This document shows positions 35,821-46,230 of a stretch of DNA of 64,000 nucleotides, one piece after another. The stretch spans positions 32,001-96,000 of the forward strand of contig OZ219816.1 of assembly GCA_964291235.2 (NCBI GenBank). Reading direction: 5' to 3'. The translations under genes were made by a program, and so were the position numbers. The notes under the pieces were generated by a model. It saw nothing but the letters and a program-made list of their open reading frames with translations, ran no database searches and was not told the origin of the DNA. How positions within the stretch are numbered: the stretch's first letter is position 1; each line of letters begins with the position of its first letter. This DNA comes from Vicinamibacteria bacterium (GTDB lineage Bacteria; Acidobacteriota; Vicinamibacteria; Marinacidobacterales; Marinacidobacteraceae).

Positions 35821-37976
35821 TCCGCCGGCCCGCGGGGGCGCGGTTTCGCCTCTCGGCCCTGGTTGCCGACGCCTGCGTGTTTGCCGCCGCCTGCCTGTTG
35901 GCGGCCGCGCCGGTTGCCGCACAGTCGACTCCCGCACCCGGGGCACGGCCGGGGCAGCCAGCGCCGGCACCTCCGGTGCTCCCCGCCCCCGAGCGGCTCG
36001 CCCGCGTCCTTTCACTCGAGGACGCCCGGTCGTTCGGCGACGGATGGCTCTTCGACCGGATCTACGACCCCGATCCCGAGGTCCGGCGCCGGGCGGTCCT
36101 CGCCCTCGGACGCATCGGTCGTCCCGGCGCCGTCGGGCCGCTGGTCGCCGCCCTCGCGGCGGACGAAGCGGGCGCCGTGCGCTCGACCGCGGCGTTCGCC
36201 CTCGGTCTCGTCGAGGATCCGCTGCCGGAAGAAGCGGTTTCCGCTCTCGAGGCCGCGCTCCTGGACGCTTCGAGCCGCGTTCGCGAAAAGGCAATCGAGG
36301 CTCTCGGGCGGCGGGGCGGCGAGCGGGCCGGCGAGATCGTTTCCGGACGACTGGCCGAACTGGTGGAGGTGTCCGGCTATTCCGAACGGCGGGAGGACGT
36401 CGAGGCGTTCCGGCGGAGAACTTCCTGGGACGAGGCCAGACTCGGCCTGTTCGCACTGGCCCGCATTCGGGACGACGGTGGAAACCCCGGCGACCCGGTC
36501 GCGATCCTCTCCCGGCAAGGGTCGCCGCGAACTCTCTGGTGGGTTTCTGCCTGGGCGGCGGCTCGTCTCCGGGATCCGGCTCTCGTGTCCCTTCATCGCG
36601 CTTATGCGGGCTCGCCGGATCCGGTCATCCGCGCGTTCGGCGTTCGGGGCCTCGGCTCAACGGGGCTTCCGGTGGCCGATGACCTCTCTCCTGAACTCAG
36701 CCACCCGAGCGACACCGTGCGCATCGAAGCGTTCCGCGCTCTGCGGGCCCTGGCAGAGGCCGGCCTGCCGGTGGGCTCCACGACCGGAGCGAGGGTCTTC
36801 GCCGCGCTCGACGACCCGGTTCCGGCAATCCGGCGGGAAGCTCTTCTGGGAATCGCACAGATCCGTCACCCCGAGGTGATGGACGCCCTGATCCCGCGGA
36901 TGCAGTCGCCCGATCCGGAAGTGCGCGCCGGCGCCCTGCGAGCCCTCTATGTTCAGGACGAGGAGGGGTTTTTCCTGCTGCTCTCCGGATGGTCGGACCG
37001 CGATCCCGTCGGCCGGATCGCCATGGCCCGACGGCTCGCCGAAATCCACGATCCGCGCATCCGCAGTTTCCTGTTGCGAAACATGCTGACCGACGAAGAT
37101 CCGAGAGTGCGCGCGGTCGCGCTCACCGGGCTGGGGGAGCTGGAAGAGCATCTCCGCGGCGCTGGGGAGGCGAGTCCTGAGGTTGTCGAGACGCTCGTCC
37201 GGCACCTTGGAGCGGAGGATCCCTACGAGCGCGCCGCGGCAGCGGCGATGCTCGGACACCTGGAGACCGCCGGAGAAAGTCTGCGCCAGGCCTATGAGCT
37301 GGACACCGCCGCGGTGCCGGACTTCCGGCTGGCAGCCCTGCGGGCCGGGCTGGCCCAGGGGCCGGAAACCGAACGGACCGCCTTCGCCCGAGACGCGCTC
37401 GCCGACCCCGCCTGGCCGGTCCGCCGCGAAGCCCACGAATTCCTGCGCCGCTTCGGACTCGCGGACGAAGAACCGGCTGCCGCCTCCACTCTGGAGGCCG
37501 CCGAGTACCGCGCGATGCTCGAGGCTCCGTTCAGTCCCGTGGCATGGATCGAGACCTCCCGGGGAGACATCGAGATCGAACTCTTCATCGGGGACGCCCC
37601 GCGAACGGTGTCCAACTTCATCCGGCTTGCCCGCGAGGGCTTCTATAACGGGTTGCGCTTCCACCGCGTGGTTTCGAACTTCGTCCTGCAGGCGGGGGAC
37701 CCGCGCGGGGATTCGTCAGGCGGCCCGGGCTACACGATCCGTTGCGAGATCGGCGAGGGCTTCTACATGCGGGGAAGCGTCGGCATGGCTCTCGACGGCA
37801 AGGACACCGGGGGCAGCCAGTTCTTCATCACGCTGCTTCCGCAGCCGCATCTCAACGGCCGCTACACCCTCTTCGGCCACGTCCGGGATGGATTCGCCGT
37901 TTTGGACCAGATCGAGGCGGGTGACCGGATCCGGCGTATCCGCATCTGGGACGGCGTGACCCCGCCGGAGAACTAG
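35817..37976 (+). CDS. Secreted HEAT-repeat protein with C-terminal cyclophilin-type PPIase
   Basis: Signal-like segment, many DP.VR.A..ALG repeats, FHRVVSNFVLQAGD, DTGGSQFFI, HLNGRYT. Start uncertain (CTG 35817). Confidence 0.85.
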   Translation: MIRRPAGARFRLSALVADACVFAAACLLAAAPVAAQSTPAPGARPGQPAPAPPVLPAPERLARVLSLEDARSFGDGWLFDRIYDPDPEVRRRAVLALGRIGRPGAVGPLVAALAADEAGAVRSTAAFALGLVEDPLPEEAVSALEAALLDASSRVREKAIEALGRRGGERAGEIVSGRLAELVEVSGYSERREDVEAFRRRTSWDEARLGLFALARIRDDGGNPGDPVAILSRQGSPRTLWWVSAWAAARLRDPALVSLHRAYAGSPDPVIRAFGVRGLGSTGLPVADDLSPELSHPSDTVRIEAFRALRALAEAGLPVGSTTGARVFAALDDPVPAIRREALLGIAQIRHPEVMDALIPRMQSPDPEVRAGALRALYVQDEEGFFLLLSGWSDRDPVGRIAMARRLAEIHDPRIRSFLLRNMLTDEDPRVRAVALTGLGELEEHLRGAGEASPEVVETLVRHLGAEDPYERAAAAAMLGHLETAGESLRQAYELDTAAVPDFRLAALRAGLAQGPETERTAFARDALADPAWPVRREAHEFLRRFGLADEEPAAASTLEAAEYRAMLEAPFSPVAWIETSRGDIEIELFIGDAPRTVSNFIRLAREGFYNGLRFHRVVSNFVLQAGDPRGDSSGGPGYTIRCEIGEGFYMRGSVGMALDGKDTGGSQFFITLLPQPHLNGRYTLFGHVRDGFAVLDQIEAGDRIRRIRIWDGVTPPEN

Positions 37977-38048
37977 CCCGTGGGAAAAGCGCCCCGGACC
38001 GCTCTGGCCGCGCGCAACCCTGGCTTCGCCGCCCCCGGCTGCTAGGCC

Positions 38049-38933
38049 GTGGACAACCTGGCGCACCCCGGTTCGGCCGCCGGCGGTGCGATCAAGAGCA
38101 GCGACCGGGAGGCCCCGCCGCGTTTCCGGTTGCTGGCCGTGGACCTCGACGGCACCTTGCTGAACTCCAGGAAAGAGGTTTCCGAGGCAAACCGGGCGGC
38201 GCTCCAGCGTGCCGAACGAGCCGGCGTGGCGCTCGCTTTCATCTCCGGCCGACGCTACGTGGAACTCGAAGCCCTTACCGCGGATCTTTCCGGGGCCGCT
38301 TTTCGGGTGGGGCACGGAGGCGCGTTGATCCGGCGCTTCGACCGGACCATCGCCGAGTTCCCGCTCCCCAAAGCCGCTGCGGAGCGGGCCGTCCGTACCG
38401 CGCTGCGGCTCGACATACCCGCGCTCATCAGCGAACGCGACGGTGCCGTGCGCATCACGGCCCACGCACCCACGACCCCGCGGGTGGCGCGTTATCTGCG
38501 GACCGTTCGGCCGGCCCCCCGTTTCGATCCCGCTCCGGTGTTCCCGGAAGATCCGTTGCACCTGGTGATCGCCGGCACCCCGGAAGCATGCCGGGAGGCC
38601 GAAGATGAGCTTTCGGCATCGCTCGGGAACTCCGTGAACCTTGAACGGACCGAATACCAGGCTACCCGCCTCGGCCTGCTGGACGTCCTGGCAGGTGCGG
38701 CAAACAAGGGCATCGCGCTCGCCCGGGTCGCGCGGGAAGCCGGCCTGCCGCTCAGCGAGACCCTCGCGATCGGTGACAACTGGAACGACCTGGAAATGCT
38801 GGAAGCCGCCGGGGTCGGGGTTCTCATGGACAACGCGGAGCCGGAACTGAAGGCTCGAGGCTTCGAGATCACCGCGTCACACGACGCTCACGGGGTGGCG
38901 GCCGCGATCGATCGCCTGCTTCTCGCCCCGTGA
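38049..38933 (+). CDS. Cof-type HAD-IIB hydrolase
   Basis: DLDGTLL, SGR, NKG, GDNWNDLEML. Confidence 0.9.
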   Translation: MDNLAHPGSAAGGAIKSSDREAPPRFRLLAVDLDGTLLNSRKEVSEANRAALQRAERAGVALAFISGRRYVELEALTADLSGAAFRVGHGGALIRRFDRTIAEFPLPKAAAERAVRTALRLDIPALISERDGAVRITAHAPTTPRVARYLRTVRPAPRFDPAPVFPEDPLHLVIAGTPEACREAEDELSASLGNSVNLERTEYQATRLGLLDVLAGAANKGIALARVAREAGLPLSETLAIGDNWNDLEMLEAAGVGVLMDNAEPELKARGFEITASHDAHGVAAAIDRLLLAP

Positions 38934-40057
38934 GCTTCGAGATCGTCGGCCGCAGCGAGGGGGCCCGACTGGGCCGCCTGACCACCGCGCACGGTGTGGT
39001 GGAGACCCCCGCGTTCATGCCGGTCGCGACCGGGGGCGCCATCCGCGGGCTGACGAGCGGGGGCGTCGCCGCCACGGGAACGCGGATGCTGCTGAGCAAC
39101 GCCTGGCACCTGATGCTGCAGCCCGGCGACGAGAGGATTGCCGCCCTCGGCGGTCTGCACCGGTTGATGGCCTGGAACCGCCCCATCCTGACCGACAGCG
39201 GCGGCTATCAGGTTGCGAGCCTCGCAACCCTGCGGGAGGTTTCGGAAACCGGGGTTCACCTGCGCTCCTATCGGGACGGATCGCCGCACCACCTGACCCC
39301 CGAGCGAGCCATCGAAATCCAGCGGAACCTGGGCTCGGATGTCGCGATGGTGCTCGACGAGTGCATTTCGCTCCCGGCCCCGCCTGCCGAAGTCGAACGG
39401 GCGGCGGCCCGCAGCCTCCGCTGGGCCGAACGCTCGCTGGCCGCCCCGCGCGCGCCCGGCCAGCTCCTTTTCGGGATCGTCCAGGGCGGCACCCTCCCGG
39501 AAACACGGCGGCTCAACGCCCGCGCCCTCGTGGCTCTCGGCCCCCCGGGAGAGGGTTTCGACGGGTTTGGCATCGGCGGGCTGCTGATGGGAGAACCCAC
39601 CGAGGACACCCGCCGCGTGACCGCGCTCTCGGCGGAGACCCTTGGAGAAGAACGCCCCCGCTATCTCATGGGGGCCGGGCTGCCGCGAGACCTGATCGAA
39701 TCCGCCGGACTCGGCATGGATCTCTTCGACAGCGTGCTTCCGACCCGGTTGGCCCGCCGCGGCATCGTATTCACCTCGACCGGCCGGCTGAACGTCTCAC
39801 GGGCTCCCTACCGGGACGACGCCGCCCCGCTCGACGATGAATGCGATTGCCTGGCCTGCCGCGACTATTGCCGCGCCTGGTTGCACCACCTGCTCCGGGC
39901 CAGGGAGCGGATCGCGGCCACGCTACTGAGCGCCCACAACCTCACGTTCTACGCGGGGCTCATGGCGCGGCTGCGTGAGGCAATTGCGGCCGACCGCTTC
40001 GCCGAATTCCACGAGGGAAATCGCCGCCGCTGGAATTCCGGACCAAGTCCTGGCTGA
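38930..40057 (+). CDS. tgt: tRNA-guanine transglycosylase
   Basis: TPAFMPV, TDSGGYQ, DEC, GIVQGG, YLMG, FD.VLPTR, CDCLAC Zn site, HN. tgt-yajC-secDF synteny. Confidence 0.93.
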   Translation: MSFEIVGRSEGARLGRLTTAHGVVETPAFMPVATGGAIRGLTSGGVAATGTRMLLSNAWHLMLQPGDERIAALGGLHRLMAWNRPILTDSGGYQVASLATLREVSETGVHLRSYRDGSPHHLTPERAIEIQRNLGSDVAMVLDECISLPAPPAEVERAAARSLRWAERSLAAPRAPGQLLFGIVQGGTLPETRRLNARALVALGPPGEGFDGFGIGGLLMGEPTEDTRRVTALSAETLGEERPRYLMGAGLPRDLIESAGLGMDLFDSVLPTRLARRGIVFTSTGRLNVSRAPYRDDAAPLDDECDCLACRDYCRAWLHHLLRARERIAATLLSAHNLTFYAGLMARLREAIAADRFAEFHEGNRRRWNSGPSPG

Positions 40058-40230
40058 GACCGGTCCGGCGAAGTTGAGCGCCGGCACACCAGCGAGTTGC
40101 AGTTGGTCCGCGCAAACCACCCGACGCGGCTCCCCGTGGTATCCTGCCGCGCGGTTCGGTGCCCGGCCCGCTCTCCCTAGGGGGGTGCGGGTTTTTTCAC
40201 ATCAGCGCACCAGCGAACCGAACTCGGACC

Positions 40231-40533
40231 ATGCTCCCCACACTGCTCCAAGCGAACCCGGCCGGCGGCCAATTCGGCATGCAGATCGTGCTGTTCGCGA
40301 TCATCTTCGGGATCTTCTACTTCATCGTCTTCCGTCCCATGCGCAAACGCCAGCGAGAAACCGAGGAGATGCTGCGGAGTCTCGATCGCGGCGCCCGGGT
40401 CGTCACCACCGGCGGAATCCATGGAACCGTCGCCGGAATTCAGGGTGACATCGTGCAACTGAAGGTCAGCGACTCGGTCAAGCTCCAGATCTCGAAGAGT
40501 GCGGTCGCCAGCGTGATCGACAAGAAGCCCTGA
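40231..40533 (+). CDS. yajC: Preprotein translocase subunit YajC
   Basis: FYFIVFRP, VVTTGGIHG. Confidence 0.93.
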   Translation: MLPTLLQANPAGGQFGMQIVLFAIIFGIFYFIVFRPMRKRQRETEEMLRSLDRGARVVTTGGIHGTVAGIQGDIVQLKVSDSVKLQISKSAVASVIDKKP

Positions 40534-40564
40534 TCGCCCGGACGGCAGCTCCACCAGCGAGAGA

Positions 40565-42103
40565 ATGGCCAGAAGTCTCCGCCTGAAGGGAGTTCTGCTC
40601 CTTCTCATGGTCGCCGGGCTGGCCTATGTGATCAACCCACCCCGGGACACGATCGTTCTGGGGCTCGATCTCCAGGGCGGGATCCACCTCGTCATGCGGG
40701 TGCACACCGAGGACGCGGTGCGGGTCCTGACCGACGAGACCGCCGAGCAGTTCGCCGAACACCTCGACAACGAGGAGATCGATTTCGCCGACGTCGAAAC
40801 CATAGGACTGGGACAACTCACCATCCTGAATCTCGACGACTCCCGTCTTCGCGAAGTACGGGACATCATCGCTTTCAGTTGGCCGGGCTGGGATCTGAGA
40901 AGCCTCGGCGGCGACGACTGGTCCTTCACCCTCCGTCCCAGCGAGGAAATCGTCGTCCGGGAACAAACGGTGACCCAGGCGATGGAAACCATCCGCCGAC
41001 GGGTTGACGAGCTGGGGGTCGCGGAACCGGTCATCACCACCCACGGAAACACCGGGGACCAGATCCTGGTGCAGTTGCCGGGTTACGACGACGTCGCGCG
41101 GGCCAAGGAGATCATCCAGGCAACCGCGCAACTGGAACTGCGCCTGGTGCAGGCCGGGCCGGCGCTCGACGAAGCCGCGCTGCCTCCCCTGAACAGCACG
41201 CTCGAGAACATCCCGAGCGAGCTGCCCACCGGCGCGACCGGCTACTACCAGGTGAACCGGGTCGCCGCCATTACCGGCCGGGATCTCAGGAATGCCCGCC
41301 AGGCGATCGACTTCCAGACGAACACCCCGAACGTGGAGTTCAGCCTGCATGCCGAGGGGGCCTCCCGATTCCGTGACTTCACCGGCGCCAACGTGGGCCG
41401 GCAGATGGCGATCGTTCTCGACGACCTGATCGTCTCCGCTCCCGTCATCCAGAGCCCGATCTACGACCAGGGCCAGATCGTCGGAAACTTCACGGTGCAG
41501 GAAGCCGTGGACCTGGCGCTCGTGCTACGCGCCGGCGCGCTCCCGGCGTCGCTCGAGTACCAGGAAGAACGCACGGTGGGGCCGTCCCTCGGCGCCGACT
41601 CGATCCGGAGCGGGGTAACCGCCTCGCTGGCGGGTCTCGCCGGCGTCTTGCTGTTCATCCTCCTCTACTACCGTTTTTCGGGTTTGAACGCCGTTGTCGC
41701 CCTTCTCCTGAACCTCTTCATCCTCGTGGGCGCGATGGCCTACTTCGCCGCCACGCTGACCCTCCCAGGAATTGCCGGGGTCATCCTCACAATTGGGATG
41801 GGAGTGGATGCGAACGTCCTGATCTTCGAGCGCATCAAGGAAGAGATGCGTACCGGCAAACCTCCGCGGACCGCGATATCCGTCGGGTTCTCCCGGGTTT
41901 TTTGGACCATCGTGGACGCCAACATGACCAGCCTGGTCGCAGCCGCCATCCTCTTCCAGTTCGGCACCGGCCCGGTCCAGGGATTCGCCGTAACGCTCAG
42001 CATCGGCCTGGTGAGCAACGTCTTCACGGCCATGTTCGTGTCGCGTTACATCTTTGATCTCGTGCTTTCCGGACGGCGTCAGGTCGCCGCACTCAGCATC
42101 TAG
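40565..42103 (+). CDS. secD: Protein translocase subunit SecD
   Basis: LGLDLQGG, RRVDELGVAEP, LRAGALPA, VGPSLG, VDANVLIFERIKEE. Confidence 0.96.
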   Translation: MARSLRLKGVLLLLMVAGLAYVINPPRDTIVLGLDLQGGIHLVMRVHTEDAVRVLTDETAEQFAEHLDNEEIDFADVETIGLGQLTILNLDDSRLREVRDIIAFSWPGWDLRSLGGDDWSFTLRPSEEIVVREQTVTQAMETIRRRVDELGVAEPVITTHGNTGDQILVQLPGYDDVARAKEIIQATAQLELRLVQAGPALDEAALPPLNSTLENIPSELPTGATGYYQVNRVAAITGRDLRNARQAIDFQTNTPNVEFSLHAEGASRFRDFTGANVGRQMAIVLDDLIVSAPVIQSPIYDQGQIVGNFTVQEAVDLALVLRAGALPASLEYQEERTVGPSLGADSIRSGVTASLAGLAGVLLFILLYYRFSGLNAVVALLLNLFILVGAMAYFAATLTLPGIAGVILTIGMGVDANVLIFERIKEEMRTGKPPRTAISVGFSRVFWTIVDANMTSLVAAAILFQFGTGPVQGFAVTLSIGLVSNVFTAMFVSRYIFDLVLSGRRQVAALSI

Positions 42104-42120
42104 CAAGGCGCCGGCACCGC

Positions 42121-43116
42121 ATGGACATCCTCGGCGATACCCGAATCAACTGGATCAAGTACCGGTGGTGGTTCGCCGGGATCTCCGCCGCGCTGCTCGT
42201 CGCCGGCATCTTCGACGTCGTCCGCAAGGGTGGTCTTCGCTACGGCATCGATTTCTCCGAGGGCACCATGGTTGTCGCCAAGTTCGCCGAGGCCCCGGAA
42301 ATCGATGCGGTGCGGGCGGTGGTCACCGAGCTCGGGTACGGAAGCGCCGTGATCCAGAGCTATGACCGGCCCGAAATGAATCAGGTCATGATCCGGGTTG
42401 AGAAGGCGCCGGAAGACGCGGCCCCCGAACAGGGCGCCGCCCCCGGGCCAACGGGACAAGCTCCGATCGACGAGACGGCCAATCGGATTCTCGACGGGCT
42501 TCGCGCCGGGACCGCGGGTGAGCTGGTCTCCTTCAGCACCGAGATCGTGGGCCCGGTCGTGGGTGAGGAGCTCCGGCGACGCGCCCGGAACGCCACCATC
42601 CTGGCCCTCTTCGCCATGCTCATCTATATCGGCTTCCGATTCGAGCCGGTATACGGGGTCGGTGCCACCGTCGCCGTCATTCACGACGTGCTCGTAACGC
42701 TGGCTCTCGTCTCGCTCTTCAACTACGAGATCAGCCTGAACGTGATTGCTGCGTTCATGACGCTCGTGGGCTATTCGGTGAATGACACGATTGTCATCTT
42801 CGACCGCGTCCGCGAAAACCGTCACATCCACCGCCGGCTGGAACTCGCGGACATCGTGAACCTCGCCATCAACCAGACGCTCCGGCGCACCGTCCTCACC
42901 TCGGGCCTCACCCTGCTCGCGGTGGGAGCACTGCTGACCTGGGGCGGTGAGGTGCTTCGCGCCTTTTCCTTCGTGCTGGTTGCCGGGGTCGTCGTGGGGA
43001 CCTACTCGTCGATCGCGATTGCCTCCCCGATCGTCCTCTGGTGGCGCTCGGCGCGCGGCGGAACGGCGGCCACCGCGGAACAGCAGCGGCCCCAGGCGCC
43101 TCCCGTCCGAGTCTGA
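42121..43116 (+). CDS. secF: Protein translocase subunit SecF
   Basis: GIDFSEGT, VGPVVG, HDV, GYSVNDTIVIFDRVRE, GTYSSIAIA. Confidence 0.96.
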   Translation: MDILGDTRINWIKYRWWFAGISAALLVAGIFDVVRKGGLRYGIDFSEGTMVVAKFAEAPEIDAVRAVVTELGYGSAVIQSYDRPEMNQVMIRVEKAPEDAAPEQGAAPGPTGQAPIDETANRILDGLRAGTAGELVSFSTEIVGPVVGEELRRRARNATILALFAMLIYIGFRFEPVYGVGATVAVIHDVLVTLALVSLFNYEISLNVIAAFMTLVGYSVNDTIVIFDRVRENRHIHRRLELADIVNLAINQTLRRTVLTSGLTLLAVGALLTWGGEVLRAFSFVLVAGVVVGTYSSIAIASPIVLWWRSARGGTAATAEQQRPQAPPVRV

Positions 43117-43338
43117 TCCGCCTGGCGGTTCACGCCGGGCAACCCGTCGGACGCCGGGGACGGCAACCGGGACCGCGGAGTGCGAGGGGTTCGACGACCG
43201 GTTCCCGAGCGCTCCCGTCCCGGGCATCCGACTCCCGCGCCTGAGCGCCTCCGCTGGGGCCGGGCTACACTCGCCCGGCGAGGTAACCGTCAGGTGCCGT
43301 CTCGGCGTTCCAGGGAAAGAACACGGATCCGCTTGGGT

Positions 43339-44067
43339 ATGCCGCACACACCCTCTCCGGGTTTCGGCCTCTCCCTCCCCCTCGGGCTGTCGCTGCACGG
43401 CGCGCTCCTGGCGTTGCTGCTCTACCCCTCCTTCTCCCTCAGAAACGGCGACCTGCCGGCCTTCGAGGCGTACCAGGTCCGCCTCTTCGCGCCTCCGCCA
43501 GCGGCGCTGCGCCGGGGGGATCCCACGGCGAGACCGGATCCCGAGGACCGCGCCGAGCGGACCGGGGATACGACTCGAACCCATCTCGCCACCCCACCGG
43601 CCCGCGCCGAGTTGGTGCAGGTACTCGAAGCGGCGGAAGTCCCTTCAACGTTCGGGGCGGAGCACGGCATTCCGGAGGGGCTCTGGGACGGGATGGAGTT
43701 CGGGCAGCGGGAGGGGGTGATCGGTGGAATTCCAGGAGGCGTTCCGGGGGGGCAGATCGGCGGACTCCGAAAGGATGCCGATCCGGTGCTACCGCCCCCG
43801 GACGAGCCACCAACCGCGCTGGCCATGCCGCACCCCCGCTTTCCCCGGGAGGCGCTTCGGAACGGGGTTCGCGGACGGGTCGTGCTGCGGGCCCTGATTA
43901 CCGAACGGGGGAGGGTCGAGGTGCTCCGGATTCTGCGATCGGTGCCCGAACTCGATTCCGAAGCCATCCGGGTCGTCGAGTCCGAGTGGAGATTCCGCCC
44001 GGCGCAACGCAACGGACGACCGGTGGCGTCGCTCAGCGATCTGGTGGTCCGATTCACATTGCGGTAG
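43339..44067 (+). CDS. TonB-family energy transducer
   Basis: SLHG N-terminal anchor, GGIPGGVPGG linker, FP..A...GVRG.V and WRFRPA C-terminal domain. Confidence 0.82.
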   Translation: MPHTPSPGFGLSLPLGLSLHGALLALLLYPSFSLRNGDLPAFEAYQVRLFAPPPAALRRGDPTARPDPEDRAERTGDTTRTHLATPPARAELVQVLEAAEVPSTFGAEHGIPEGLWDGMEFGQREGVIGGIPGGVPGGQIGGLRKDADPVLPPPDEPPTALAMPHPRFPREALRNGVRGRVVLRALITERGRVEVLRILRSVPELDSEAIRVVESEWRFRPAQRNGRPVASLSDLVVRFTLR

Positions 44068-44341
44068 AGCTAGCAGCTCTCCCGGTGGGGCCAGTTATCC
44101 CGGTCGGGGGCCGGTTCCGCTGGGCTGAATCGCTGTTTGGTTCCGGAGCGGGGCGACAGCCGCGCGGAGAGCCCGGAGCGAGAGGGACGGGGGACGGGTT
44201 TGCCCGGCCCCCTTCCCTCTTGGCTCGCAAATGCCGCGTGATTTTGTCCACGGGCTGCTGGGGGAGGGGCCGCCCGTGGGAGGCGGGTTGGGCGGTGGGA
44301 CGGCACGCCCTCGCTCCGGCCTTCACGTCACCAATCCTCTG

Positions 44342-44371
44342 TTGACAGACCCCGGCCGAATACGCTATTTT
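44342..44371 (+). promoter_or_regulatory. Putative sigma70 promoter for tonB-exbBDD
   Basis: TTGACA-18 bp-TATTTT in a 440-bp intergenic region. Confidence 0.5.
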
Positions 44372-44507
44372 TCTCCGTCTTCCCCAAGCAGCCTGGCAAG
44401 TCGTCTGTCGCTTTGTGCGGCCTCCGGAGTTGGCGACTCACCGGGCTGTTCTCCGCTGCCCCCTCCAAGGCCGAGGTCGGGTCGGATTCGGGGAGAAGGA
44501 GATCAAC

Positions 44508-45218
44508 GTGGCAAGAGAACCGACTTTCAGAGTGGCCGGATTGGACCAGAGCGCCGGGCGTTCCCTCGGCAGCTTCGCCTTCTCTTTCCTGCTCCAGGGT
44601 GGAGCCGTGATGGCGTTCATCATCATCCCCATCCTGACCGTCAACCTTCCGACGCCGGAAGGCATCATGACGTTCATGGCAGCTGCCCCGCCGCCGCCGC
44701 CGCCACCACCGCCGCCGCCGCCACCAAAGGCCAGGCGCCGGGCGGCGCCCAAGCCGGTGCTCAACACCACCCCGCAGTTCGTGGCTCCCGTGGATATCCC
44801 CGATGATCTCGGCGACGCGGGTGTCGACTTTGGTGTTCCGGGTGGTGTCGAAGGCGGCGTGCCGGGCGGCATCATCGGCGGAATCGTCGGCGGGCTGCCT
44901 TCCGGCCCCCCTCCTCCGCCGCCCAAGGCTGCTCCTGTCCGCGTCGGCGGAGAGATTCGGGAACCGACCCGCACGGTGTACGTCCAGCCGATCTATCCGG
45001 AAATCGCCAAGCAAGCGCGGGTCTCCGGAGTAGTCATCCTGGAAGCCATCATTGACCCGAGCGGGAATGTGACCAACATTTCCGTTTTGCGCTCGATTCC
45101 ACTCCTTGATCAGGCGGCGATGGACGCCGTGCGACAGTGGAAGTACCAACCCACTCTGCTCAACGGGGTTCCGGTGCCCATCGTCATGACCGTGACGGTG
45201 ACCTTCAACCTTGGCTGA
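44508..45218 (+). CDS. tonB: TonB-family energy transducer
   Basis: TM anchor, poly-Pro, GGVEGGVPGG, YPEIAKQARVSGVV, QWKYQP. GTG follows AAGGAG. Confidence 0.9.
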   Translation: MAREPTFRVAGLDQSAGRSLGSFAFSFLLQGGAVMAFIIIPILTVNLPTPEGIMTFMAAAPPPPPPPPPPPPPKARRRAAPKPVLNTTPQFVAPVDIPDDLGDAGVDFGVPGGVEGGVPGGIIGGIVGGLPSGPPPPPPKAAPVRVGGEIREPTRTVYVQPIYPEIAKQARVSGVVILEAIIDPSGNVTNISVLRSIPLLDQAAMDAVRQWKYQPTLLNGVPVPIVMTVTVTFNLG

Positions 45219-45415
45219 CGCCCCTCCCGAAGGCTTGTCCGGCAATCCGGTTTCCTGACGCAACCCGAGACCACAACTCTTTTCAAGAACGATTTCGCTC
45301 TGCCCCCTGCCCGGAGTGACCAGATCGCAGCGACCCGATTCGTGCCGATCCTCAGTCCGATCCGGCGTGGGGGAACACAACCACTTTTTTCCTAGATCCC
45401 AGGAGGACGAACGGA

Positions 45416-46084
45416 ATGTCTTTTGACTTGCTTGAGATCTGGTCCCACATGGGGCCGGCTGCAAAGCTGATCAACGGCGTGATGGCCATCATGTCGGTTT
45501 ATTCGCTCTCGATCATGATCGAGCGCTGGCTGACCTACCGGAAAGCCAAGGGCCAGTCCCGCGGTTACTCGGTGCGTATCGCCAAGGAACTCAAGGCCGG
45601 AAACATCGACACCGCCATCAAGGTGAGCAAGGACAAGGATGTCAAGAACAGCCACCTCGCCAAGGTGCTGCTCGCCGGTCTTCAGGAAGTGCAGTACCAG
45701 TCCGAAGAAGGCGGTGCTGACAAGGACACGACGATGGAGGCTGCCCACCGGGCCATCCAGCGGGCCACCGCCATCGGCATGATGGATCTCCGTCGCAACC
45801 TGTCCGGGCTCGCCACCGTGGGCGCCACCGCCCCCTTCGTGGGCCTCCTGGGTACTGTGCTCGGCATCATCACCGCTTTCCGCGGCATGGCGCTGACGGG
45901 ATCAGGCGGAATCGGCGCGGTGTCTGCCGGGATCGCCGAGGCGCTCATCGCAACCGCGTTCGGGCTCTTCGTCGCCATTCCTGCCGTGTGGGCGTTCAAC
46001 TACCTCACGAACCGGGCCGATGGCTTCGGCGTGGAAATGGACAACGGCGCCTCCGAACTCATCGACTTCATGGCGCGCCGCTAA
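45416..46084 (+). CDS. exbB: MotA/TolQ/ExbB proton channel
   Basis: LATVGATAPFVGLLGTVLGI, GIAEALIATAFGL. Confidence 0.9.
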   Translation: MSFDLLEIWSHMGPAAKLINGVMAIMSVYSLSIMIERWLTYRKAKGQSRGYSVRIAKELKAGNIDTAIKVSKDKDVKNSHLAKVLLAGLQEVQYQSEEGGADKDTTMEAAHRAIQRATAIGMMDLRRNLSGLATVGATAPFVGLLGTVLGIITAFRGMALTGSGGIGAVSAGIAEALIATAFGLFVAIPAVWAFNYLTNRADGFGVEMDNGASELIDFMARR

Positions 46085-46230
46085 CGCGGACCTTTCGGAG
46101 TCCCCTCTTCATGTCCTGTCGGCGCCGATTCGCCAAAGCCTCCCCGGCAATGGCCGAGCGGCGTCGGCAGGCCCCATTCCGTAGCCGCCCTCGGCGGACG
46201 TGGAACGGGAAAACCAAGGAGTAACGCGTC

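Noticed and set aside
44221-44235. Sigma54-like TGGC...TGC site
   Set aside because: GG-to-GC spacing is 9 nt rather than the required 10.
44685-44727. CCG/CCA trinucleotide run
   Set aside because: Encodes the ordinary TonB poly-proline linker.
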